From an uncultured Actinomycetes bacterium (GTDB lineage Bacteria; Actinomycetota; UBA4738; HRBIN12), in NCBI GenBank assembly GCA_963714865.1, contig CAVQPR010000001.1, positions 1,342,942-1,406,941 on the forward strand: a DNA stretch of 64,000 nt, written 5' to 3'. The notes below the pieces were generated by a model. The model had not been told where the DNA came from. It saw only the letters and a list, made by a program, of their open reading frames with translations, and made no database searches. Each line of letters begins with the position of its first letter. The stretch's first letter is position 1. Below are positions 1 to 14,754 of the stretch, piece after piece. A program made the translations under genes and the position numbers.

Positions 1-2
1 TG

Positions 3-965
3 ACGGAGCTGCTCGGATGCGAGGACGCGCTTCTGCTGCCGACGATCACCCACATCCACATGTCCGTGATCCCCGTCCTCGTCGGCGACGGGACGATCTA
101 CCTCGACGGGCGCGCCCACAAGACGATCTACGACGGCGCGATGGTCGCCGTCGGACACGGCGCCAACGTCGTGAGGTTCCGCCACAACGACTACGAACAT
201 CTGGACGAGCTCCTCGCGGCGAGCGACCCGGGCGCGCCGCGCATCGTCGCGATGGACGGAGTGAACTCGATGACGGGCAACGCGCCCGACATGGCCGCGT
301 TCGCCCGCGTCGCCCGCGAGCACGATTCGCTCCTATACGTGGACGACGCCCACGGCTTCGGAGTGATCGGCGAGCGCTCTGCCGATGAGCTGTGCGACTA
401 CGGGACGCTCGGCAACAGCGTGCTCGCGTATCAGGGCGTGGACTATGACAACGTGGTCCTCGTCGCCGGATTCTCCAAGTCGTACTCGTCGTTGCTCGCG
501 TTCATCGCCCTGCCAACGCGTCTGAAGGACGCGCTCAAGGTCCTCGCCCCGCCCTACCTCTACTCGGGCCCTTCGCCGATCGCCTCGCTCGCGTCGACGA
601 TCGCCGGCCTGCAGGTCAACCGCCGTCGCGGCGACGTCAACCGAGCGAACCTGCACCGCATGACGCACCAGCTTCTCGATGGGCTACACCACCTCGGGAT
701 CTCCACGCCGAACACGTCGGGCTTCCCGATCGTCGAGGTGCCACTCGCCGATCACGAGGCGATCGATGATGTCGGCCGGTATCTGTTCGAACACGGGCAG
801 TACGCCACGATGGCCGCGTACCCACTCGTCCCGAAAGACGAGGTCGGGTTCCGGATCCAGCCGACGGCCGCCAACACCGATGATCAGGTCGAAGAGCTGC
901 TCACGGTGCTCGGCAACCTCAAGGAGCGTTTCAAGCTCGAACAGGTTGCCTCGGCCGCGGGTTAG
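3..965 (+). CDS. PLP-dependent aminotransferase class I/II (BioF/KBL/serine palmitoyltransferase-like), 5' truncated by window
   Basis: Frame is open from position 3; motifs FRHND, DGVNSMTG, YVDDAHGFG and GFSKS (PLP lysine) of the alpha-oxoamine synthase family. Confidence 0.85.
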   Translation, partial: TELLGCEDALLLPTITHIHMSVIPVLVGDGTIYLDGRAHKTIYDGAMVAVGHGANVVRFRHNDYEHLDELLAASDPGAPRIVAMDGVNSMTGNAPDMAAFARVAREHDSLLYVDDAHGFGVIGERSADELCDYGTLGNSVLAYQGVDYDNVVLVAGFSKSYSSLLAFIALPTRLKDALKVLAPPYLYSGPSPIASLASTIAGLQVNRRRGDVNRANLHRMTHQLLDGLHHLGISTPNTSGFPIVEVPLADHEAIDDVGRYLFEHGQYATMAAYPLVPKDEVGFRIQPTAANTDDQVEELLTVLGNLKERFKLEQVASAAG

Positions 966-1732
966 GTTCCGCCACCCGACAACAGGCGCTCGACCTCCGC
1001 GTACGTCAACCCATCGATCCAGCCCCCGTCGACGCGGATATCGGTGCCCGTCACGTATCGGCTGTCATCGCTGGCCAGGAACAGGTATGCGCCCGTCACA
1101 TCCTCGGTCGTGCCCACACGTCCGAGGCAGGTGACGACGGGACACACGAGCGCCTCAGGGTCATCGTCGGGCTGCATGGGGGTGATGATCGTGCCGGGGC
1201 TGATCGTATTGACCCGGATGCCACGGTGCCCCAGCTTCATCGCCGCGTGTGCGCACATCGTGCGGAGGGGAGCCTTGGACGCCGAGTACCCCATGGTGTC
1301 GGGGAACGCCCAATGGTTGGCCGCCGTCGCGGTGATGATCACACTGCCCCCATCTCGCATAAGCGCGGGGGCGTAGTTCAGGCCGTGGAACACGCCGAGT
1401 GTGTTCACGCGAAGCATGGCCTCGAACTCCGGGACACCCGTGCCGGCACCGTCGGCGTCGAGCGTGGCGAGACCGGCGTTCAGGACGACGACGTCGAGTG
1501 GACCGATCGCTTCTGCGATGGTCGCGAAGACCTGCGCCGTTCGATCCTCGTCGCCGACGTCGGCCTCGTACATCCTCGCCCCCGCCGACTCCACCTCCGG
1601 GCGCGCGCGCCGACCGATCGCGGCCACGTCGGCTCCCTCCTCGACGAATCGCCTGACGACGGCCAACCCGATCCCCGAGGTCCCTCCCGTGACCGCGGCC
1701 GTTCGACCGACCAGCCGTGCGTGGGTATCCAT
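962..1732 (-). CDS. Short-chain dehydrogenase/reductase
   Basis: TGGTSGIG, LNAG, YSASK catalytic motif, NTISPG, VDGG; alternative ATG at 1795. Confidence 0.9.
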   Translation of the reverse strand: MDTHARLVGRTAAVTGGTSGIGLAVVRRFVEEGADVAAIGRRARPEVESAGARMYEADVGDEDRTAQVFATIAEAIGPLDVVVLNAGLATLDADGAGTGVPEFEAMLRVNTLGVFHGLNYAPALMRDGGSVIITATAANHWAFPDTMGYSASKAPLRTMCAHAAMKLGHRGIRVNTISPGTIITPMQPDDDPEALVCPVVTCLGRVGTTEDVTGAYLFLASDDSRYVTGTDIRVDGGWIDGLTYAEVERLLSGGGT

Positions 1733-1801
1733 GGGCGAACCCTGCCACACGTCCCGACCCGGCGCCACGACGCACGGCATCTTCCGCCCCCTCATACGGT
1801 C

Positions 1802-1831
1802 GACGTAGCCGTGCCCGAAAAAAGATGTCAA
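1802..1831 (-). promoter_or_regulatory. Putative sigma70-type promoter for the SDR gene
   Basis: TTGACA (1831-1826), 18 nt spacer, TACGTC (1807-1802), then an in-frame ATG 6 nt later at 1795. Confidence 0.4.
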
Positions 1832-1862
1832 CCTCCCCCCCAAGCCGTCCGATATTCGACTC

Positions 1863-4800
1863 GTGAAGAATCGCGCGTGGATCGTGTACCCGGTTCTGGC
1901 GGTGGCCGCGACGGCCGTCTACTACGCCGTGGGCCAATCGAGCTGGATGTTCAACCTGATCGGGTTGGCCTCACCGATCCTGATCTTCGTCGCCGTACGG
2001 GTGCACAAGCCCGAGAAGCCCATGCCCTGGTACCTGCTCGCGATCGGTCAGTTCCTCTTCATCGCGGGCGACGTCGTCTCCTACAACTACGAGCGGTTCA
2101 GCGCTGCCCTGCCCAACGTCTTCTGGCTCGACTACGAGTTCAATCCCGCCGGCGACGTCCCCTTCCCCGGGATCGCCGACGCCCTGTATCTCGCGGTCTA
2201 CCCCTGCCTGATCGCAGGCCTCCTCTTGCTGATCCGCGCCCGCAACCCAGAACGCGACACTGCGAGTCTGCTCGACTCCATGATGGTGTCGATCGGCGTT
2301 GGGGCCGTGTCGTGGGTGCTACTGATAGCCCCCTACATCCACTTCGACGACCTCGATCTCAAGATCAAGCTCACCGCGATGGCGTACCCGATGATGGACC
2401 TGATCCTGGCAGTGGTCGCCATCCGGCTCGTCGTTGGAGCCGGACGCAAGCCCGTCGCCTTCTACTTCATGCTGACGGCGATCGCCTCGCTGTTCGTCAC
2501 CGACGCCGTCTACGCCTGGTTCGGCCTCTACACCGAGAGCGGCTACCAGCCCGGCAGCGGCCTACTCGAGGGCGGCTGGATGGCCTTCTACGTCCTGATC
2601 GGTATGTCCGCCTTGCACCCGTCGATGCGGGAACTGACCGAGCCGGTGCCGGAATGGGATGATCGCCTCACCTTCGGCCGTCTGGCGCTGCTGACCTCCG
2701 CAGCGCTCGCGCCGCCGGTGGTCAGGATGATCCAGAATCTGCGAGGCGAGCCGGTCGACTCGCTGGTCCTCAGCATCGCTTCGATCGTGCTGTTCCTCCT
2801 CGTGGTGGCCCGCATGGTCGGCCTGATCCGTCAGCAGGAGCGGTCGGCGGGACGCGAACGCGCGCTGCGTGAGGCGGGCACGTCGCTCGTGACCGCCACG
2901 AACCGGGAGGGGATCCACGAGGCCACCGTCCAGGCCGTGCATGCCCTCGCGGGCCGCACCGCCGCGGTGCGGGTCTGCGACAAGGCCGACGACGAGCTCG
3001 TCGTCGTCGCCTCGGCCGGGGGCCACGACGCTGAACCCGGCGTTCGGATCGCCTACTCGACCCTGCAAGAGTGGAAGCGAGAGCGCCTCGCTGATAACCA
3101 CGCCTTCCAGGTCCGCACCGACGAGAGCACGCTGCGCAAGCCGATGGGACTGCCCGACGACGGGGACGGCACCGTGTTCGTCGCCCCCCTATTCATCCGC
3201 GACGGTCTGCGCGGCCTGATGGTGGTTGCCACCCCCGAGGAGATGCCACGCAACGTGGCCGACTCACTGCATGCCCTGTCGTACCAGGTCGGCCTGGCGC
3301 AGGAGAGCGCGGCATTGACCGAGGACCTGCTGCGGCGTCAGAGCGAGGCCCGGTTCGCCTCCCTCGTGCAGAACTCCAGCGACATCGTCACGGTGATCGA
3401 ACCCGACACGACCGTGCGGTACACAAGCCCCTCGGTGCTCCGAGTCCTCGGCTTCGCCCCCGACGACCTCGAGGGCACACGCTTCTCCGATCTGATCCAC
3501 GACGAGGACAAGACTCGGATGCTGGCGTTCCTGGCCGCCGACGTCGGCGCCCACACCGGGATCATGGAGTTCAAGGTCCGGCACAAGGACGGCTCGTGGG
3601 TCGACGTCGAGACCCTGCGCACCAACCTGCTCTCGGACCCCAACGTCCAGGGCATCGTCCTCAACACGCGGGACGTGACCGAGCGCAAGTCGTTCGAGAA
3701 GCAGCTGCAGCACCAGGCGTTCCACGACCCGGTCACGAACCTGGCGAACCGCGCCCTGTTCCACGACCGCGTGACCCACGCGATCGAGCGACAGGGTCGC
3801 GACGGCGCTCCGGTCTCCGTCCTGTTCATGGACATCGACGACTTCAAGACGATCAACGACTCCCTCGGACACGCCGCAGGCGACACGGTGCTGCGCGGGG
3901 TCGGAGACCGCCTCAAGGACTGCCTGCGAGCAGCGGACACTGCCGCTCGCCTGGGTGGCGACGAGTTCGCGATCCTGCTCGAGCACGGTGACGACGGGAT
4001 CCAGGCCGCCGACGTGGCCGATCGGATCATCCAGATGCTGGACGAACCATTCCACCTGGACGGCAAGGAGGTCTTCGTTCGGGCCTCGCTCGGGATCGCC
4101 GTCGCCGACGGCGGGGACATCGAGCAGGCTGAGGAGCTGTTGCGCAACGCCGACGTGGCGATGTACATGGCCAAGGAGCGCGGCAAGGGCCGCTATCAGA
4201 TGTTCGAACCCGAGATGCACGACACGGCCCTCAAGCGCCTGGAGCTGAAGGCTGACCTTCAGCGCGCTCTCGAGCACGACGAGTTCGAGCTCTACTACCA
4301 GCCGGTCATCGAGCTGGAATCGGGACGCATCGAAGGCGTCGAGGCGCTGATCCGCTGGAACCACCCTGTTCGCGGAGTCGTGCCCCCGCTCGAGTTCATC
4401 CCGCTGGCCGAAGAGACCGGCCTGATCGTCACGGTGGGACGATGGGTGATGCGCGAGGCGGCCCGTTACGCCGTCGAGCTGCAGAACCGATACCCCATGG
4501 ATCCGCCGCTCCGCATGGCCGTCAACCTGTCGGCGCGCCAGCTCAACCGTCCCGAGATCGTCGAGGAGGTCAGCGAGATCCTTCTCCTGTCGGGCCTGCG
4601 GGCGGACACGTTGGTTCTCGAGATCACCGAGTCGGTGATGATGCAGGACATGGAGCTGTCGATCGAGCGGCTGACCGCGCTCAAGGAGCTCGGCGTCCAG
4701 CTCGCGGTCGACGACTTCGGCACCGGGTACTCGAGCCTGAACTACATCCGCCGGTTCCCCGTCGACATCCTCAAGGTCGACAAGTCGTTCGTCGACGGGG

Positions 4801-5057
4801 TGAGCGAGGGCGGCGAAGCATCGGCACTCACAGCGGCCGTGATCGAGCTCGCCGGGATCTTGAACCTCAAGCCCGTCGCCGAGGGGATCGAGCGCGCCGA
4901 CCAGCTCCAGCGGCTGCTCGAGCTGCGATGCGACCTCGGCCAAGGATATTTCTTCGCCAAGCCCCTCCGCCAAGCCGAGCTCCAGTCGCTGCTCGCGGAA
5001 CGCGCTGCGATGCAGAGCGAGGCCGACGCTCTGGCCCGCGGCGCCCGGCAGCTCTAG
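1863..5057 (+). CDS. Membrane-bound diguanylate cyclase/phosphodiesterase (multi-TM sensor, GAF-like, PAS, GGDEF, EAL)
   Basis: Hydrophobic N-terminal ~320 aa; PAS (LVQNSSDIV...NTRDVTERK); RAAD I-site followed by GGDEF; EALIRW; DDFGTGYSS. Confidence 0.95.
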   Translation: MKNRAWIVYPVLAVAATAVYYAVGQSSWMFNLIGLASPILIFVAVRVHKPEKPMPWYLLAIGQFLFIAGDVVSYNYERFSAALPNVFWLDYEFNPAGDVPFPGIADALYLAVYPCLIAGLLLLIRARNPERDTASLLDSMMVSIGVGAVSWVLLIAPYIHFDDLDLKIKLTAMAYPMMDLILAVVAIRLVVGAGRKPVAFYFMLTAIASLFVTDAVYAWFGLYTESGYQPGSGLLEGGWMAFYVLIGMSALHPSMRELTEPVPEWDDRLTFGRLALLTSAALAPPVVRMIQNLRGEPVDSLVLSIASIVLFLLVVARMVGLIRQQERSAGRERALREAGTSLVTATNREGIHEATVQAVHALAGRTAAVRVCDKADDELVVVASAGGHDAEPGVRIAYSTLQEWKRERLADNHAFQVRTDESTLRKPMGLPDDGDGTVFVAPLFIRDGLRGLMVVATPEEMPRNVADSLHALSYQVGLAQESAALTEDLLRRQSEARFASLVQNSSDIVTVIEPDTTVRYTSPSVLRVLGFAPDDLEGTRFSDLIHDEDKTRMLAFLAADVGAHTGIMEFKVRHKDGSWVDVETLRTNLLSDPNVQGIVLNTRDVTERKSFEKQLQHQAFHDPVTNLANRALFHDRVTHAIERQGRDGAPVSVLFMDIDDFKTINDSLGHAAGDTVLRGVGDRLKDCLRAADTAARLGGDEFAILLEHGDDGIQAADVADRIIQMLDEPFHLDGKEVFVRASLGIAVADGGDIEQAEELLRNADVAMYMAKERGKGRYQMFEPEMHDTALKRLELKADLQRALEHDEFELYYQPVIELESGRIEGVEALIRWNHPVRGVVPPLEFIPLAEETGLIVTVGRWVMREAARYAVELQNRYPMDPPLRMAVNLSARQLNRPEIVEEVSEILLLSGLRADTLVLEITESVMMQDMELSIERLTALKELGVQLAVDDFGTGYSSLNYIRRFPVDILKVDKSFVDGVSEGGEASALTAAVIELAGILNLKPVAEGIERADQLQRLLELRCDLGQGYFFAKPLRQAELQSLLAERAAMQSEADALARGARQL

Positions 5058-5111
5058 TCGCGATCCGGCGAGTCAGATGCTCCCGGCCTCCGAGAGAGCG
5101 CGTAGCATCGC

Positions 5112-6311
5112 GTGATGCGCCTTCCCCGGATCGCAGGGCCGCTCGCGGCCGCGCTCGTGGCCGCGGCCGTCGGGCTCCCCTCGGCCGCGCAGGCCGCGCC
5201 CCCCAAGTGGGTCCAGCGGATCGACGACGTCGTGGGCGACGAGCCGGTCTCGGTCGTGATCGCCTACGGCGGCGATGTCCTCTACCGGCATCGCAGCTGG
5301 GTCGCTCGGCCGCCGGCCTCCAACGAGAAGCTGCTGCTGTCGATGGCGCTCCTGGCGAACGTCCCCGCCGACACCCGGCTCCCGCTGCGGGTGCGGGCCT
5401 CCGCCGAGCCGGTCGACGGGGTGCTCCACGGGGACCTGTGGATCATCGGACACGGCGACCCCGAGACCGACCGATGGGACATGCGCGACCTGGCTTTGGC
5501 GCTCGAGAGCGCCGGCATCCGCCGGGTCCACGGACACGTGGTCGGCGCCACGGGCCCGTTCGCACGCGACTGGTGGGCCCGCGGATGGAAGGACTACTTC
5601 CCCACCTACTACATCGCCCTGCCCACGGCCCTCACGTTCGAGGGCAACCGATCGGCGCGCGGGGCGACGATCTCGCACCCGGAGACGAGAGCCGCGGCGG
5701 CGCTCACCTCGCAGCTCAGGCGGATCGGGATCCGTGTCACGAAGAAGCCGGGCTCGGGGCGGCCGCCCGCACGCCTGTGGACGCTCGCGACGCTTCGCTC
5801 GGACCCGCTCTCGGAGATCATGCGCCGGATGAACGTGCCCTCGGCCAACTTCAGCGCGGAGGTGCTGGGCAAGCTGCTGGGCGCCACGGCAGGCAGCGCC
5901 CCCGGGACGATCGACAAGGGCGCGCGGGCGATCGAGCGATGGGCTGCGGCCCGCGGCGTCCGCGTCACCGCCCACGACGGCTCGGGGCTCTCCTACGCCA
6001 ACCGCGCGACCACGGAAGGGATCGTCGACCTGCTCGAGTTCGCGGAGGGACGCCCGTGGGGCGAGACCCTGCGGCTGACCCTGCCCACCGGCGGCCAGGG
6101 CACGCTGGGGGGGCGCCTGCTCGACGTGAGGCTGCGCGCGAAGACGGGCACCCTCGACGGGGTCTCGGCCCTGTCGGGATGGGTGTGGTTGAACCGCCTC
6201 GACGACTGGGCCGAGTTCTCGATCCTGTCGCGCGGCATCTCCAAGTCGCGGAGCGTCGGCATCGAGAACAAGATCATGCGCGTCGTCCAGGCCAACGCGG
6301 CGCCGCGCTAA
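5112..6311 (+). CDS. dacB: D-alanyl-D-alanine carboxypeptidase/endopeptidase (PBP4, peptidase S13), secreted
   Basis: Signal peptide; SxxK (ASNEK), SxN (SAN), KTG; DGSGLS motif. Confidence 0.88.
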   Translation: MMRLPRIAGPLAAALVAAAVGLPSAAQAAPPKWVQRIDDVVGDEPVSVVIAYGGDVLYRHRSWVARPPASNEKLLLSMALLANVPADTRLPLRVRASAEPVDGVLHGDLWIIGHGDPETDRWDMRDLALALESAGIRRVHGHVVGATGPFARDWWARGWKDYFPTYYIALPTALTFEGNRSARGATISHPETRAAAALTSQLRRIGIRVTKKPGSGRPPARLWTLATLRSDPLSEIMRRMNVPSANFSAEVLGKLLGATAGSAPGTIDKGARAIERWAAARGVRVTAHDGSGLSYANRATTEGIVDLLEFAEGRPWGETLRLTLPTGGQGTLGGRLLDVRLRAKTGTLDGVSALSGWVWLNRLDDWAEFSILSRGISKSRSVGIENKIMRVVQANAAPR

Positions 6312-6823
6312 CCGCGGAGGTCACGGACGTACCGAGCGTTCACGGCGCCGTCGCAGGCCGACAGCCGCTCGGTATCACCGTTCCAGCGCCACCCCTCCCG
6401 CTCGTAGAACGAACGGGCGCGCTCGTTGTCCTCGATGACCCACAGGGCGGCGCGAGCGGCGCCTCGGGTGGCCAACTCGGCCTCGGCCGCGTGCAGCAGC
6501 GAGGCCCCGAGTCCCGCTCCGACCGCCGACGGGTCGACGTGGAGCGAGTCGATCTCGGCGTCGTCGCCGAACCGGGTCAGGCCCCCAACGAAGCCGGCGA
6601 CGACGCCGTCGCGCTCGGCCACGAGCACCACGGAGGCCGGGTCCTCGATCGTCGCGCGCCACCCCTCGGCGCGCTCGTCGATCGACAGCCCCTCCAGGAA
6701 GGCGCCCGACATCATCCCGCGGTAGGCGGAGCGCCACGAGGCGACGTGCACCCGGGCCACGGCCCGCGCGTCGTCGGACACCGCGGGCCGGATCGTGTGC
6801 GTGACGGGCTCGGCGGCGCGCAT
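6308..6823 (-). CDS. GNAT family N-acetyltransferase
   Basis: C-terminal part of ORF 6308..8095: VHVASWRSAYRG, GAGLGASL, NERARSFYEREGW; TACGCT 6 nt upstream of ATG 6823. Confidence 0.85.
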   Translation of the reverse strand: MRAAEPVTHTIRPAVSDDARAVARVHVASWRSAYRGMMSGAFLEGLSIDERAEGWRATIEDPASVVLVAERDGVVAGFVGGLTRFGDDAEIDSLHVDPSAVGAGLGASLLHAAEAELATRGAARAALWVIEDNERARSFYEREGWRWNGDTERLSACDGAVNARYVRDLRG

Positions 6824-6840
6824 CCGATCAGCGTAGCGCG

Positions 6841-8421
6841 TCAGTCGTCGTGAGCCTCGCGCGGGTGCAGCAGGCCGAAGGTGTAGGCGTCGACGAGCGC
6901 CTCCCACGAGGCCTCCAGGATGTTCTCGCTGATCCCCACCGTGGTCCACTCCCGCTCGCCGTTGGACGTGTCGATCAGCACCCGGACGACGGCGCCCGTG
7001 CCCACGTCCTCGCTCAGCACGCGGACGCGGTAGTCCTCGAGCCGCATCTCGTCGAGCGCCGGGTACTCGTTGGCGAGGGCCTTGCGCAGCGCGTTGTCGA
7101 GCGCGCCGACGGGGCCCTGCCCCTCGGCGGTCTCGATGTGCCGCTCCCCCCGGGCGATCACCTTCACCGTGGCCTCGGCGGTGGCGCCTTCGTCCCATCG
7201 CTCGGCGACGAGCGCCTTGTAGCTCTCCACCTGGAAGAAGTCCTGGGCCCATCCGTGTGCCCTGCGCATCAGCAGCTCCAGCGACGCATCGGCGACGTCG
7301 AACGTGTAGCCGCGGGCCTCGAGGTCTTTGAGAGAGGTCAGCAGCGCGGGCACGTCGGCGTCGGCGAGCTCGACGTCGAACTCGGTCGCCTTCATCCGCA
7401 GGGTGGCGGCGCCGCCGAGGTCGCTGGCGACCACGCCGCGGCGGTTGCCCACCTCCTCGGGTCGCACGTGCTCGTAGGCCTCCGACAGCCGCGCGACGCC
7501 GCTGGAGTGCAGGCCGGCCTTGTGGGTGAACGCGTAGCGCCCCGCGTAGGGCTGTCGCGAATCGGGCGGCAGGTTGGCCACCTCCGCCACGTAGTGCGCG
7601 ACCTCGGTGAGGTGCTCGACGGCGCCGTCGGGCAGGCAGTCGGCCCCCATCTTCAGCACGAGGTTGGCCGCGATCGGGATCAGGTCGGCGTTGCCGGTGC
7701 GCTCGCCGTAGCCGTTCACCACGCCCTGGACCTGGTACACGCCGTGCTCCACCGCGATCAGCGAGTTCGCCACCGCGCAGCCCGCGTCGTTGTGCACGTG
7801 GATCCCCAGGGGGACGCCGACGCGCTCGCCGACCTCGGTCACCACCCGGGAGACGTCGAGCGGCAGCATGCCGCCGTTCGTGTCGCACAGCACCAGTCGC
7901 TCCGCGCCGGCCTCCTCGGCGGCCTCGAGCACGCGCAGCGCGAACGCCGGGTCGCTGCGGTAGCCGTCGAAGAAGTGCTCGGCGTCGAAGAAGACCCGGC
8001 GACCCTGGTCGCGGAGGTACGCGATCGAGTCGCGGACCATCGCCACGGCCTCGTCCAGGTCGGTGCGCAGCGCCTCGGTCACGTGCAGGTCCCACGACTT
8101 GCCCACCAGGCAGACGACCTCGGTGCCGGTGTCGAGCAGCTCGCGCAGGACCGCGCTGTCGGCGGCGCGCTCCCCCGCCTTGCGGGTCATCCCGAACGAG
8201 GTCAGGGTCGCGTGCTGGAGCGGTGCCTTCGTGGCCAGGCGGAAGAACTCGGTGTCGCGGGGGTTGGCGCCGGGCCAGCCGCCCTCGATGTAGGGCACGC
8301 CGAGCTGATCGATCTTGTGGAGGATCCGCATCCGGTCCTCGATCGAGTACGACACGCCCGTGCCCTGCGCGCCGTCGCGCAGGGTGGTGTCGTACAGCTC
8401 GACCTCGCGAGCAGCGCTCAT
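6841..8421 (-). CDS. cimA: Citramalate synthase
   Basis: [38 protein letters not shown]-terminal regulatory domain; ATGA overlap with the leuB stop. Confidence 0.9.
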   Translation of the reverse strand: MSAAREVELYDTTLRDGAQGTGVSYSIEDRMRILHKIDQLGVPYIEGGWPGANPRDTEFFRLATKAPLQHATLTSFGMTRKAGERAADSAVLRELLDTGTEVVCLVGKSWDLHVTEALRTDLDEAVAMVRDSIAYLRDQGRRVFFDAEHFFDGYRSDPAFALRVLEAAEEAGAERLVLCDTNGGMLPLDVSRVVTEVGERVGVPLGIHVHNDAGCAVANSLIAVEHGVYQVQGVVNGYGERTGNADLIPIAANLVLKMGADCLPDGAVEHLTEVAHYVAEVANLPPDSRQPYAGRYAFTHKAGLHSSGVARLSEAYEHVRPEEVGNRRGVVASDLGGAATLRMKATEFDVELADADVPALLTSLKDLEARGYTFDVADASLELLMRRAHGWAQDFFQVESYKALVAERWDEGATAEATVKVIARGERHIETAEGQGPVGALDNALRKALANEYPALDEMRLEDYRVRVLSEDVGTGAVVRVLIDTSNGEREWTTVGISENILEASWEALVDAYTFGLLHPREAHDD

Positions 8422-9472
8422 GCGGTGGCTCCCGCCACGACGAGGTCGCCGACCTCGGACGTCGAATGGCCCATCTCGCCGGCCCGCATCGACTTCATCT
8501 GCGTGGTGGCCGCCCGGATCCCGCGGTCGACGCGATCGGCCGCCTCGGCCTCCCCGAGCTGGCGCAGCAGCATCTCCATCGCGCCGATCGCCGCGAGCGG
8601 GTTGATCGTGCCCGAGGCCGGTGTGGTCGGGCGCCGTCCCGCCGATCGGCTCGAACATGCTCACGCCCGTCGGGTTGATGTTGCCGCCCGCCGCGATGCC
8701 CATGCCGCCCTGGATCATCGCGCCGAGGTCGGTGACGATGTCGCCGAACATGTTGTCGGTGACGATCACGTCGAACCGCGCCGGCCAGTCCAGGAAGTAG
8801 ATGCACGCGGCGTCCACGTGGACGTAGTCGGTCTCGACGTCGGGGAACTCGGCGGCCACCTCGTCGACGACCCGCTGGTAGAGGTCGCCGGCGAAGGTGA
8901 GCACGTTCGTCTTGTGGACGAGGGTGAGCTTGCGCCGCCGATGGGGTTGCATCGCCAGGTCGAACGCATAACGCACGATGCGCTCGACCCCGTGTCGCGT
9001 GTTGATCGACTCCTGCACGGCCACCTCGAACTCGGTGCCCTTGCGGTGGAAGCCTCCCGCCCCCGAGTAGAGCCCCTCGGAGTTCTCGCGGACCACCACG
9101 AAGTTGACGTCGTCCTCGGCCCGTGGCTGGGCACGAGCGTCTCGACGCCCGGATAGCGCACCACCGGGCGCAGGTTCACGTACTGGTCGAGCCCGAACCT
9201 GGCCTTCAGCAGCAGGTCGCGCTCCAGGATCGCCCGGCTTGCACCCGCGGGTCGCCCACCGCCCCGAGGAAGATCGCGTCGAGCTCGCCGAGGCGCTGCG
9301 AGCTCGTCGTCGGGCAGCACGTCGCCGGTGCGCAGGTACCGCTCGGCGCCAAGGTCGAACTCGACGAGGTCGAACGAGGCATCGCCCCGCACGGCGTCGA
9401 GCACCTTGAGGCCCTCGGCGACGACCTCGGGACCGGTCCCGTCACCCCGGATGACCCCGACGCGATACCGGG

Positions 9473-9476
<4 letters not shown>
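8418..9476 (-). CDS. leuB: 3-isopropylmalate dehydrogenase (about 4 frameshifts near 9295, 9240, 9120 and 8615)
   Basis: [47 protein letters not shown] and [10 protein letters not shown] spread over three frames; GTGA/ATGA overlaps with neighbours. Confidence 0.88.
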
Positions 9477-12579
<3,103 letters not shown>

Positions 12580-12583
<4 letters not shown>

Positions 12584-14330
12584 GCGATCGGTGCCTCCTC
12601 GGGATCGACGGCGGGTTGGATGGACTCGGGCCCCAGGATGATGTCGTCGTTCGAGCCGCCCGCCGGCACCATCGGGAACACCATCTCTGCGGGGTCGACG
12701 CGGAAGTCGATCACGACGCTGCGGTCGGTGATCGAGTAGGCCTTCTCGATCGCGGCGTCGACCTCGCCGGGATCGTCCACGCGCAACCCGACGGCCCCGT
12801 AGGCCTCGGCGAGCTTCACGTAGTCGGGGACGTTCGGGTCGAGCCACACCCCCGAGTAGCGCTCGTCGAAGAACAGTTCCTGCCACTGGCGGACCATCCC
12901 CAGGTAGCCGTTGTTGAGGATGGCCGTCACGAACGGGATCTTCTCGGTGGCGCTCGTGGCGAGCTCCTGGGCGGTCATCTGGAAGCAGCCGTCGCCGTCG
13001 ATCGCCACGACGCGGGCCTCGGGACGCCCGACCTTGGCGCCCATCGCGGCGGGCACGGCGAACCCCATCGTGCCCAGTCCCCCGGAGTTGATCCAGTGGC
13101 GAGGCCGCTCGAACCGCCAGTACTGGGACGCGTACATCTGGTGCTGGCCGACCCCCGACACGACGATCGTGTCGTCGTCGGCCAGGGCGCGGAGTCGCTC
13201 GACGCAGTACTGGGGCTTGAGGGGCCCGTCGGGCTGCTGGTCGTACCGGTAGGGGTACTCCTCCTGCCAGGCGGCGAGCTGGTCCAGCCATCCCGAGCGG
13301 TCGGGCATGCCGTCGGCCTCCTGGCGCTCGGCCAGCTCGGCCGCCAGCTTGGCGATCACGTCGCGGCAGTCGCCCACGATCGGGACGTCGACCGCACGGT
13401 TCTTGCCGATCTCGGCCGGGTCGATGTCGACGTGCACGATCTTGGCGTCCGGCGCGAACGCCGGTCAGCTTGCCCGTAACGCGGTCGTCGAACCGCGAGC
13501 CGAGCGCGACCAGCAGATCGGCCTTCTGCATCGAGGTGACGGCCGTGTAGTTGCCGTGCATCCCGGGCATCCCCAGGCACAGCTCGTGCGAGTCGGGGAA
13601 GGCGCCGCGCGCCATCAGGGTCGTGACCACGGGCAGCCGACCGATCGTGCACGAGCGCGGCCAGCTCCTCGTGGGCGTCGGCCTTGATCACGCCGCCGCC
13701 GACGTAGAGCACGGGCCGGCGCGCCGCCATGATGAGCTTGACCGCCTCGCGGACCTGCCGGTTGTTGCCCTTGGTGGTCGGCTTGTAGCCGGGCAGCGTC
13801 ACGTGGTCCGGTCGCTCGTAGTCGACCTCGTTCAGCAGCACGTCCTTGGGCAGGTCGATCAGGACCGGGCCGGGACGGCCGGTGCTCGCGATGTGGAACG
13901 CCTGGCGCACCGTGTCACCGATGTCGGCCGGATCGGTGACCAGGAAGTTGTGCTTGGTCACCGGCATCGTGATGCCCGTGATGTCGGCCTCCTGGAAGGC
14001 GTCGTTGCCCACCACCGGGGTGGGGACCTGCCCGGTGATGGCCACGATCGGCACCGAGTCCATCTTCGCGTCGGCCAGCGGCGTGACCAGGTTCGTGGCT
14101 CCGGGGCCCGAGGTGGCCATGCAGACGCCGACCTTGCCCGTCGCCCACGCGTACCCCTCCGCGGCGTGGCCCGCCCCCTGCTCGTGACGGCACAGGACGT
14201 GGCGGATCGACGATCGGTCGACCAGCGGGTCGTAGATCGGCATGCTCGCGCCGCCGGGGATGCCGAAGATGACCTCGACGCCCTCGGCCTCGAGGGCCTT
14301 CAGCAGGGCGTCGGCGCCCGACATCTTCAT
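12580..14330 (-). CDS. ilvB: Acetolactate synthase large subunit (frameshifts near 13640 and 13465)
   Basis: [50 protein letters not shown]...NN ThDP motif. Confidence 0.93.
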
Positions 14331-14638
14331 CGGGCGACCGCCTCCTCCACGGGGCCGGTCTCGACCCGGCGCACGTGCGCCTGCAGGCGGTGGCCCAGGT
14401 TGCGGCAGGCACGCTCGAACTCCCAGGGGGTCCAGTCACGTCGGCGCATCTGCAGGACGTCCTCCTCCTGCTCCTGGCCGAAGTCGAAGCCCGAGCCGAG
14501 GTAGACGACGTCGGAGGACAGGTAGCGATCGACCACCGCGCGCGTGGATGAGTCGGCGGCCGAGACCGTGACCTGGCCGGGCCCCTCCCACAGCACGCTG
14601 GCAACGACCGTGCCGTCTCGCTCGAACTCGTACCTCAT
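14327..14638 (-). CDS. Hypothetical 103-aa protein, first gene of the ilv-leu operon
   Basis: AGAGGAG SD upstream of ATG 14638; stop overlaps the ilvB start (ATGA); globular-looking composition. Confidence 0.7.
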   Translation of the reverse strand: MRYEFERDGTVVASVLWEGPGQVTVSAADSSTRAVVDRYLSSDVVYLGSGFDFGQEQEEDVLQMRRRDWTPWEFERACRNLGHRLQAHVRRVETGPVEEAVAR

Positions 14639-14689
14639 CGTGACTCCTCTCGCCGGGTCCTCGGACCCGCCTCGCAGATCGATGGACAC

Positions 14690-14715
14690 AAAAAACCCCG
14701 CGGGGTTCGCGGGGT
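14690..14715 (-). terminator. Intrinsic terminator of the ilv attenuator
   Basis: Minus strand ACCCCGCG-AACCC-CGCGGGGT followed by TTTTT. Confidence 0.85.
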
Positions 14716-14754
14716 CGTCGGCGCGGCGAGCAGGCCTCTTCGGCCCGGCCGCGC

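Noticed and set aside
6841-9099. Apparent LeuB-CimA fusion (752 aa)
   Set aside because: The true leuB C-terminus is in another frame and ends at 8418 with an ATGA overlap; a frameshift near 8615 explains the read-through
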